Shown here in pieces: positions 53,671-64,000 of a DNA stretch of 64,000 nucleotides. Source of the stretch: Octopus bimaculoides (Eukaryota); assembly GCF_001194135.2 (NCBI RefSeq), contig NC_068982.1:8595575-8659574 (forward strand), in the 5' to 3' direction. Each line of letters starts with the position of its first letter. Position 1 is the first letter of the stretch. Below the pieces are notes generated by a model. The model had not been told where the DNA came from. It ran no database searches and was given only the letters and a program-made list of their open reading frames with translations. Both the position numbers and the translations under genes were made by a program.

Positions 53671-54622
53671 GAAGAATAAAATAAAAATAAGATAGAGGTA
53701 TACATGTATGTATTTGTGTGTCTGTGCTTGTCACGCCACCAGCGCTTGACAACCGCTGTTGGTGCGTAACGTCCCTATAACTTAGCGGTTCAGCATAAGA
53801 GATCGATAGAATAAGTACTAGACTTACAAAGAATAAGTCCTGCTGTCCATTTGTTCGACTGCAGTTCGTGATTCATCATAGCCACAATGAAATTACTGAA
53901 ACAAGTAAAAGAATAAAAGAATCCATGTATACATTCGCGACAGAGTATCTAACGTTACGTAGACCGCGGTGTCTCGGTGTAAATAGGAATATGTGTTGGG
54001 AAATTACTCATCTTAAATTAAACGGTGTTACAGCTAATGTATTAGCTAATGTAGGAGATAGTTTAAAACTGAAATATCGAAACCTAGCACTTCTAAAAAT
54101 GTTTAACATGTATCCTAGGCACAGTGAATTTCTGAAAGACTTTCACAAATTCTTGTAGCCACTCAACCGATCTTCATCCAGTCCCAGTTCTTGACCCTAC
54201 TTCCTCGTCTCAGAATCGTCATAATTGTTTACTCAGTTTTCATAAAAGCAGCATGGAATATAAATTGCATCCCCACTCTCTGCAGTTCATCATTGCAGTA
54301 ATTCACACGGACAAGGTCACAATGTTAACCTAAACAGGCATTTGTTTTATTTCGATGTCATGTACTATTATTCCTTCTTGAAGGGAGAATTGCATTTAAA
54401 ATATCAAGGCCATTAAACATGTTTGACAATCAATAACATACGTCATGTCTCTCATTCTTCACGTTTGTATCGATATATATATATATATATATAATTTTCT
54501 CTCCCTGTTTATTTCTGTGCTCCTTTCTGTCGAAGAGCGTAGACTCCCGAGCGTTAAATTCATACATCTATTTGTTGTTTACACACCCGTCTTCGTCTTT
54601 TGTTTTTTTATAAATTCTCACT

Positions 54623-54672
<50 letters not shown>

Positions 54673-55146
54673 TAGAGATATATGTTTTATTACCATATCT
54701 TATTTATCTTTTTCATCTTTATGATAACTTCGATAAATATACTACCTTCCGCACCTTTGTAAAGTTTTATACCATGTTCTTTTTAAAAAACATTTATTAG
54801 TTAGTGAATTTGTTCCCTACACTCAACACACAATAATATGAAAATGTAAGGGTACATCTTTTTCCACATCGGATGAGATTCAACTTTAAAATGTTTTTAA
54901 TTATACTAATTAATTTCTAAAGTCTTGAACTGAAACTGCCGTCAGAGATTATGTCTACTTTTGTAATTAATGAATAATTATTAATTTAATTATCTCTATT
55001 TTCTTATTTTCTTAAAAATATATATAAACCCCGGTTCATCCAATTACCTTACAGTTGAATACGAAATATAATATTCAATACTTTTTTATAATAGGTAACA
55101 AAATGTTATTATCCATTAATGAATTTTTTAACCTTTAATTGAACTT

Positions 55147-55197
<51 letters not shown>

Positions 55198-56976
55198 CAC
55201 ACACATATATATACACACACACACACACTCACACACACACATACACACACACACACACATAATTTCAATATCTATCCCTCCATCTGTATCTCCCTCTCTG
55301 TATCTATCTATCTGTGCATAAATACATATTCATAGTAACTAAATTGTCAAAGTGCTTCAAAGACCTTGTATATATAATATGAAATATTCTACATAAAACC
55401 CGGCCACTCATAAATAAAGACTGCCATATCCAATGACCAAACCAGTATAATTTATTATAAATAGCATATCTTTGTATTTGCGATATTCAAAACTGACATA
55501 TCTGTGGATTGGTGGTATTTAAGTTTCACCATGTTACACCATGTTTCACCATGTTACAATTCGTTCAGACAGATGCGAAGAAGTTTCAAAATCGTGGTCA
55601 GAGAATCGGCGAAGAACGCCAAACCTTTACCGTCATAGATCTTTGTTCCTAATCTTTTGTTGTCGTTACAGCAGTCCGGCATATTGCATAAAATAGTATT
55701 TGGGACACAGATTTACTCGGTAGAGCATGTAATTTTTAAAAACTCTTCGCGACTTTGAGAGAAAATAAAAAGAAAAAGAAAAGAAAAAGAAAAAGAGTGC
55801 GCTGCCACATTCAAATTTAAAGTGAATGAAGCAATTACAGAAACAGTATTTCTGTTTCGAAGAAATTTTTGAGAGTTTGCATGACTGATGTCACTAAATT
55901 AAAAGCGATTATTTTATTTGGTGCTTTATTTTAAGATAACAAAAATAAGACAGTGGAGAAATTTGTAGAATGAATTGTTTTATACGTGCAACCGCAAAGC
56001 TGGATGGATGACAGTAAATGTAAAAAAAGAAAAAAAAAAAGAAAAACAGAAAAAGCAATTTCGCATTTACAACTCTAGTGAACTACATTGAAAAATTCAA
56101 CAGGAAATCTGTTTTCTTCTCTGGAATCAGTTTGATTCTCATTTGCAGAAGAGTTTTGATTATATTAGTCAATCACAGCACACAGACGTAATTTCTAGAG
56201 GACTTGAAATGGTATACAACCAATGCTATTTAAGGACATGATAAGTTAAATTTAGTCACTTTTTGTATGATAGAAAAATTAAATATAAATGAAATGATGC
56301 ATTGTGTCGACTTCACCACAGTGTCTGATTCTGGAATGGATCGTTAATTCTCGAAAGGAAATAGAAATTGACAACATTATCAAGCCATCGAAAAAATGTA
56401 GAGTTGTAAATGTAGTCGGGCATACAGAACATAAGATAATGATTACGAAGAAGAAAAAGTTAGTGAAGAACCTATAATTACGTAAAGCAATTTTAGAGGC
56501 GATTCGCACGATGATTAAAGATGATTAAAGATGATCACCCTGGTGATTATGAATGTTTATTTGGTTTTAAAGGTGATAAACAGAGTAATTTACAGGGTTT
56601 TAATTAACTTTCGTCTGACATATTTAAGATTTAATATGTAATTGTAATGTAAAGTCGAATTTCAATTCCACCTCTGTTATGCATGCATAAATAAAACTCA
56701 AGAAACCATTTTTATTCACTGAATTTATCAATTTAGATTTAATATTCATAGCCTCAATTTGCATTGAATTGCTTAATTATGTAAAAAAAAAATTAGCACT
56801 GATATATTATAATGCGATGAATATAACTGTGGCGTAGGTAATCGATCAAGTCTGGCTAATAAGCATAAAACAACAAGTATAAATATACAGAATAGCTTTT
56901 GAGCTTTATCCCTTAGTAGGAGCCCTACTCTGATAGGTACGCATGATAATTAAAAGTATTTCTAAGTCAAGGCCTA

Positions 56977-57150
56977 AGGCGGCGAGCCGGCAGTATCGTT
57001 AGAACCCCGAGCAAAATGCTTAACGGCATTTCGTCCGTCTTTACGTTCTGAGTTCAAATTCTACCGAGGTCAAATTTGTCTTACTGGTATCGATGTAATC
57101 GACTTAATCCGTTTATCGAAATTGCAAGCCTTGTGCTAATATTTAAAACC
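56977..57150 (+). mobile_element. SINE family B copy
   Basis: aaggcggcgagccggcagtatcgttag ... gttctgagttcaaattctaccgaggtc. Confidence 0.8.
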
Positions 57151-57439
57151 ATTATTAATTCAAGGTTGATGAGTTAGCAGAGTCACTAAAAGTTCGTGTA
57201 GAGCAGTTATTAGTTCTAATTGTTTGTGCTCCCAGTTCAAGCCCTGGCGAGGTCATATTTGCCTTAAAATAGTGCTTATGATTTATTTCTCTGTCGTTTC
57301 ACCCGAACTTTCAAAACTACCAAAACATACGCTGGTTCCCTCCGCTCTTGGTCGAGATTCTCGATGAAAACTTTAAAAGTAAAAACGTACAGTCAATATA
57401 AAAAAAGTTGAACCAACGTAAGTATTTCGCGCCGCTTAC

Positions 57440-57900
57440 AACTATTGATGGCACGTTGTATGGTTTCAGGCAGAAGTGATCGACAGTTTCTCTCTTGATC
57501 AAGTAATTTTCTGAAAGTGAAATTAGTTCACAATTGTCAGTATAAAGTAAATCTTCGACTATTGTAGCAAATGCTTTAGCTCTCCCTTGAAACGCTGCTA
57601 ATAAAGGAACCCTGTCAATACCACAAAGCCGAAGACACACCACAGGGACTTAAAACAAACAGCTGCTGGAAGTGATATATTACCATTGCATTATGTTTAC
57701 TTTTTACGCCATAACTTTTCAAGTCATAACATTTGGATGGGTAAACCACAGGGGTAACCTAGAATACAATATAAATTGTTTTCCTGTTGCGTTGAAAGCC
57801 CCCGTAAGATCGATAACTAAATGTACAAGTTCAACATGCCATTCAATATTTCTATTGAAATTGCTATGCTGTAAAATCATGTCTCTTATCACTCTTGTTT
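57440..57900 (-). mobile_element. RTE-clade reverse transcriptase remnant
   Basis: LVIDLTGAFNAT (DLTKAFD motif; ORF 57719-57952) and IVEDLLYTDNCELISLSE (LLYADD motif; ORF 57317-57643). Confidence 0.62.
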
Positions 57901-58943
57901 GTCTAAAAAATTTCCAGTATGAGAGATGGACAGATGTGTGAGAGATGGACACAGAGTTCTATAAGCTGTTTGTGTTGATTATGTACGGTATGCGGTGTGT
58001 TATTTATACAGGGTTGATTGCGTTTCGCAAAGTATTTTTTTATCGAGTGCCTACATTCTGAAACACTCAGCAAAATCCTACCGATTCTAAATTGCACGCA
58101 TTAAATCATACTTATTTAGGTTTAATAATGGTTTAATTTTTCATTACAGTTCAGTGATTAGAATATCTACTATAGAACTTTTCATGTATGCAGGTGTGTA
58201 TTTAATTGTGGGTCGTATTACAAAATGCTTGAAATGCTTTAATGTTGCATCATATAATAGTGTGTTCACTGAACTTAGTTACGTAACAAGAAACTAAATA
58301 TTAGAACTGCTTTGCAACGATGTCAGTGGGTTATGCAATGAATCGCAATGGCTACTGGAATTCGTTTTTCAAATATGATATGAAGTCCCAATATTGATGA
58401 ATCATACTGGAGGTTTCAATGGTTGTATCATACATAATGTTATGGATAGAATATTGTTATCAGATAAAAAAGTATGGAGATAATTATTGACTCACTTTAA
58501 GAATCTGTCATTTGATTTTCAGTGAATTTTTTTTTCCGAAAACGGATATTTATCCAGATATCTCACATATAGCAATGGTAATGCATCACTGCTATAAACG
58601 ATGCATTTATTCAGCTGTATCAACTATCTGCCTTCACATGACTTTTCAGTTACCTGATTTGAATATTTAAGTACTTCATTCACCTTTTGATAGTTTAAGC
58701 GCTTTAAGGAACAAGTTTTAACACACCACTTGAACTTTTCGGCGTTAGAGGTAACAAAACGTAACACAGCACGAGTATCAAAATATATTAATGTATAGTA
58801 TGCGGCGTGTGAATTTAGATAATTATTATTGATATGATAACTAAGGCTAACCGAAGTTAATTGGTTGATATTAGTAATCAGCAACGAAATTTTGATATTG
58901 CTTTTCTGAATACTGCTTTGACGATCTTGATAGAGTCAAAAGA

Positions 58944-59016
58944 TTTCGTAGCTTTGTCACTGATGTTTCGTAGCTTTGTCACTGATGTTTCGTAGCTTTG
59001 TCACTGATGTTTCGTA
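58944..59016. repeat. Perfect 22-bp tandem repeat x3.3 (tttcgtagctttgtcactgatg)
   Basis: Identical units at 58944, 58966 and 58988, plus a partial unit. Confidence 0.95.
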
Positions 59017-59949
59017 AATAGTTACATTGCTTTACCCGTTTCAATCCTTCATATCAGAATGGCTGACTGCACATAAGGCACATTTGAAAACGAGGTGCAT
59101 GTTGTCGATGATTGAATAAATTCTAATGCAAGCTTTTGGAATGAATATTGGTGACAAGTATTTTTGAACATTTTCAGAAAACACTATAAAAGATTAGATA
59201 TTCATGAATTCTGTGTATAAACAGAACAACATAAAAGCTCATGGGAAAAGAGAAATTTTCATCGTTTTCTTATCTTGTCTGGCAGTTTTGTGGGTATCGA
59301 TTTCAGTTTAAGGGAATAGATCTATGAGAGGAAAAATACATCACTCTGCATGCAGTAAGTTTTCTTTTTTCCATATGATTGACTCAACCAATGTCACTGA
59401 TTGACACCACCACTACATGTCCAATAATTCGTGATTATCATTGTTAATTTTAGCAGAATGTTCAATTATTCTTGATGAATGCATTGTTGCTTCTGCCATT
59501 AGAGAAAATTTATGGATGTTAGATCAAACGTTCATCTAATACTTCAATGTGAAAAGGATGGATCTTGCTTTTAAAACCAACTAAAAAACAACAAACATGC
59601 TTCTGTTCTGTTAGACTTCATTATCGAAGCAAAGTCTGTTCGGCTGGCAAAACCTGGAATTAATCAATTTGTATAGAAATAGAAGAAACCAGTGAATGTA
59701 GTAAATTAATATTAGGATTGAGGGCAGCAAACAGAGGTAAAATTTTATTTGCTAAATACACTATAGCACAAAGTTTTGCTATGTAACACATTAAAAAATA
59801 CACCCTACATAATTATGATTGAGTCGAACTGATCCGTTTGCTGTATATCTATATAGGTGCGTTCTGGAATCCTGCAAGCACTTCTCGTACTGTTGGGGCT
59901 GTCTAAATAGGTTTTCTAACGATTTTCATCATACTCTCCTGCTTCGCCT

Positions 59950-60340
59950 AACCTAATGCATGAAAAACATTCTATCATCTCTCTTAAATGGCATTCCCGT
60001 CCCTTCCTATTACTAAATCGTCTCCACATGATTCCTACAAGAATGGTAGAGTCTGGTTACCCTGCTGCAGTCGGGGAATAAACTATTTATCTGATAACTC
60101 CTACATAGTTGCTACTCACATCCATCACCGCCAACTTAGCGTCCCAACGTAGAAAGTTTGACCGTACTTCTTGAAGGAGATTTTCTGAAACGCTACTTCT
60201 ACTTCTCGCTCTCTTTTACTTGACTACAAGATCCTTGTTATCCCGTAGTCAAATAAGATGATTGGAAACACCTGTCATGATTTGAGTTTCAGCTGCACAT
60301 ATCGGGAAATAACTGATGGCTTTCAAGAGTTTAACTAGAG
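59950..60340 (-). mobile_element. L1/Tx1-like endonuclease remnant
   Basis: Manual translation VRSNFLRWDAKLAVMDVSSNYVGVIR*IVYSPTAAG resembles the G-R-L-x-V-x-D-V ... V-Y-A-P motif. Confidence 0.5.
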
Positions 60341-60539
60341 ACATTGTGCAAGTGATTTCGTTTCCTATCGACTCCCAAGCCATCCCTATCCTATTATCAG
60401 TGTGTCAATGTTGATTAGAGAATAGCGAGTCAGGTCTTTTACATCGGTGTCGAAGAGGAACTGTTAATCCGGTCGTGATACTGAGAAGAGACATGGTCAA
60501 ATGGGAGCACAATAAACGTTGAGCCATATCTGCTTAATG

Positions 60540-60868
60540 TAAGCAAAGAAGTAAGGACCAAAATTTTAGTGAAGTGGTTTTGCTCATTGTCGGCAGTCTG
60601 ATTAATGACGCTCAAACATCTGCCGTCCTCCTGACAGCTGTTTGTAGGGTCAGGATGTTTTCAAATTACAGTGACTCCTGGATTGTGGTGAGAGTAAAGT
60701 GGCACCGAATGGAAACCTTTCCAATCAAGTACTCGGTCCATCAGGACTGTCTCCTCTAGTCACTTCTTTATTCACTGACTCTGGAGGCACTACGGCCGCA
60801 ACTGGAGATTTTGAGGAGTATCACAAGTTCACTAGAATGTCAGCATATGCAGATGATGTCACTATCGT

Positions 60869-60870
<2 letters not shown>
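60540..60870 (+). mobile_element. L1/Tx1-like reverse transcriptase remnant
   Basis: FPIKYSVHQDCLL (RQGCPL motif) and RMSAYADDVTIV; ends in (ACT)n. Confidence 0.75.
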
Positions 60871-60924
<54 letters not shown>

Positions 60925-61249
60925 ATTATACTACTACTGCTACTACTACTACTAACAATGATAATAAAAATGTTGGCACAAGGCCAGCAACTTTAGGGGA
61001 GGGGTACATCGACCCAGTGCTCAACTGGTAGTTATTGTATCACCCCCGAAAGAATGAACGGCAAAATCTAATTTGAACTCAGGAATGGAAAATGCTCCTG
61101 GAAAGATAATAAAGGTTTTAAGGCCTTCTCTCATGTTATGTATTTCCCCACAAATAAATCCAGTGCTGAACCAGCTTACTTAAAATAGAGCGCGAAGAAT
61201 CCTGAAATAAGATGCTACAGAGATAGTAAGAAGCTAACGTCCGATGGAA

Positions 61250-63500
61250 AATTATAAAAAAGAATTTACCGACTGACTTGGAGACTGACTATATCAGACA
61301 AACAATAAGGGATAAAGAAAACAAAAATGAAACCAAAGATGAAACCAAAGAAAACGCTTATTAAGAAATAGTTACAGACCAACCCATGCCTTACGAAAAT
61401 GCAATAATGATAGAAAGACTAAGTATAACTGATAAGTAAAATGAAACGCCTTCTGAACCAATCATAAATATCAAAGAAGATGAAAATCGAATAGATGTTG
61501 GAAGTCATATAGAAATTGACCAAATTGAACTCACTTCTCTAAAGAATTAAATTGCGATAGAATGGCTGAAAGTTAAGGATACCAATATGGAAAAATGTGA
61601 CGATCTCCCAAAAATTCGCATCTCTAATTAAAGCCTGAAAGTAATTGGTGAAATCCGTATTGCCTTCAAAGATATAATTTCAGCGAATGATATTGATATT
61701 ATAGAACTCAGCCACCATTATTATACGTCTGCTAAGATCGCAACGAATCTATGTGGTGAAAAAATTAAAGAAAACGCGAAAGCATTCCAACAAAAAGTTT
61801 ATTTGGCAAGAAGAAACTCATCAATACGTTCACTTTCTTGAAGCTTATATGGAATGTTTAAAAAAGTTTAAGTCTGACAAGAATATCAAACCAAAAAGAT
61901 AATGAAAAGAATTTATAAGAAATCCATACTTCACATCGATACCAGTATGGAAACTATGAAGCAAAAGCTGTTTGCTAAAACTGCCCGCATAGCATGATAT
62001 GAAAAGTGCACTAGGTTCTTCAAGGACACCAACATTTTCAAAAATAATCCAAAAGAAGTTTACAGGAAAATAGGGCAAACATCATTTGCAGTAAAATGTG
62101 TTCCAACAAACAAGTGCAGGAATTTTGTAATAAAATCTGGGTAGAAGGAAAAATGTGCAACAAAAGCGCTCTTTGGATTGAGGAATTATCGTCAACTGAT
62201 TCAGTTCACTTTTAAAAGCAAAAAGTTGGAGGGTATCAAGGAAGTGGATGTAAGATGAGCTCAGAGAAAATCAAATTAATGAATGTCTCCAGGAAATAAT
62301 GAAGTTCCTAATTTTTAGTTGAAAGTTTATTTCAGAAAGTGATGAACTACTGACTAGATTCTAGAACAATGCTTTGCAGCAACCTAATATGATGTCCTCT
62401 TGGTTGATTAATGGTGGTACATATGAACTCCCGAAAAATGAAGAAACAAATTAACTTAAAAACAATTGACATATAACCTGCTTAACAACGATGTATTAGA
62501 AATTAATATCTGTCTTGACCGAATGTACATAACAGAAAATGGCATTTTCCCTAATGAGCAAAAAGGCTGTAAACATGGAACCTATGGTTGCAAAGATCAG
62601 CTTCTCACCAATAAGATAATGGTGGGAGATGGTCACAAACAGCACAAAAACCTATCAAATGCCTGGACACACTATAAAGAACTTTTGATAATCCACCACA
62701 TAGATGAATTAAGGAATGTCTAGGAACTTATAAAATTGAATTTACTTTACAAACCTTATCTTTAAGTATGAAATACTGGAAAACGGCACCGAATTTGTGT
62801 ACTGAGAATGAATATTTGAATGCTGGCGATGTTAAAATTTCATGTGTTTTCATGTTTTGTTTTCCGGGATAACTCTCTATCACCATTCCTCTTTTGTCTA
62901 GCCCTGTAACCGCTTTCTAAATCGCACAATGAAGCGCAATGTGATTATCAAATTTCTAATAAGCTGTAAATCATATTTTTTATGCGGATGATTTAAAGCT
63001 CCTTGCAAAAATTGACTAATAAGTACAAAGTCTATTAACAGTTGCAAAATAGTCTAGTGATGAGATCAGGATGCAATTCGGCCTCGATAAGTGCGCAAAA
63101 GCTAGCTTCATGAGATCGAAACTGGTAGAAATATTCAATGTCGACCTTGAAAAAATAGACTGTTATTAGAGATCAAGAACCAGATGAGGGTTACAATACC
63201 TAGGGGTGATATCAAAACTCATCGATGGAATCAAACACTGATTGGCGATGGAAAAGATCAGAAAAGAATGTTATCGCAGGGTAAGTGCAATAAACAATAT
63301 AGAGTTAGACACACAAGAAATGCGATCGAAGCAATTAATACTTTAGCCATGCCGGTTGTGATTTACAGTTCCAGGATTATTAACTGGTCAAATACTGAAA
63401 TTTGTTTGCTTGATAGAAAAATCCTAACATTGTTGAGAGTGAATAGAAAGCACCAGTCTAACGCGAAGTTAAAAAAAAAAAAGGTGGCTCGTAGGAGCTG
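61250..63500 (+). mobile_element. Decayed R4/Dong-like LINE (N-terminal region + RT)
   Basis: EQKGCKHGTYGCKDQLLTNK (ORF 62466-62723); gggataactctctatcacca..ctcttttgtctagcc (GDSLSPLLFCLA); tatgcggatgatttaaag (YADDLK); MQFGLDKCAK; AINTLAMPVVIYS..IINWS (ORF 63184-63504). Confidence 0.88.
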
Positions 63501-63827
63501 CTGATATCCGACAAAAGCATGGTACTGTAGGCTGCAGGTAGCAATCCCGCTACGTATGCAAGAATCCAGGAGTCCCAACAAAACCTGGTTTAAAAGAAAA
63601 TGATAATTTTTGTTAAGGGCACAATGCCTCAAATTTAAAGGTTTGTGTACGAGTCCCTTACAACGATTCCAGATCAAACTGGTACTCACGTTATTGACCC
63701 CACAATAACGAAAGACAAAGTTTATCTCCGTGGTATTTCAACTCAGAACACATAAATTTAGGGTAAATATCACAAAACAATCCATCCTGCCGCTTCAGTG
63801 ATTTTACCAGCTCAATGACCTTCCATA

Positions 63828-63889
<62 letters not shown>

Positions 63890-63892
<3 letters not shown>

Positions 63893-64000
63893 TAAAGACG
63901 AAGTAGAAACACCTGCAGAAAAAGCTAAGCGCTTGAAAACCCGTGCTAAAATTGCTGCCTTAGATATTATGACTGAAAAATGGCATGGAAAACCTCTCAA
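63890..64000 (+). mobile_element. R4-like ORF fragment, post-RT region, running off the window
   Basis: DEVETPAEKAKRLKTRAKIAALDIMTEKWHGKPL precedes the usual W..KPLHG motif. Confidence 0.65.

Noticed and set aside
439-53752. Long ORFs in the track made of X runs or YI/HT/CV/N/L repeats
   Set aside because: They are artefacts of N gaps and di/trinucleotide microsatellites, not coding sequence.
33563-59016. CRISPR-like appearance of the 20-bp and 22-bp tandem repeats
   Set aside because: Units are contiguous with no unique spacers, there are no cas genes, and the context is eukaryotic.
63829-63890. (TAA)n as the insertion target of the terminal R4 fragment
   Set aside because: An adjacent SINE B fragment (~63675-63810) could equally explain the tract, and the R4 fragment may simply continue the 61.2-63.5 kb copy.

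Overview
AT-rich animal (metazoan) genomic DNA with about 12 assembly gaps, dense (TA)n/(CA)n/(TAA)n/(CATA)n microsatellites and many decayed transposons. The repeat landscape looks like a cephalopod, most likely an Octopus draft assembly (inference; not searched). I found no intact host gene, rRNA, genuine tRNA gene or CRISPR array, so the window is probably intergenic or deep intronic. Recognisable content: a near full-length DD37D/maT-type Tc1/mariner element with both TIRs, a mariner remnant and a Tc1 C-terminal remnant; LINE remnants (R4/Dong-like with restriction-like endonuclease, CR1, L1/Tx1, RTE); and three tRNA-headed SINE families with nested insertions. The most striking signal is many minimal type I hammerhead-ribozyme (HHR)-like motifs of the Penelope/retrozyme kind. 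They occur (i) in a palindromic element, present three times, whose halves read tRNA-like head, (TAA)n, HHR, terminal repeat, arranged head-to-head; (ii) in a 478-bp direct-repeat unit with an intact HHR core; and (iii) in both arms of a 1.05-kb inverted repeat. All folds and translations were done by eye.
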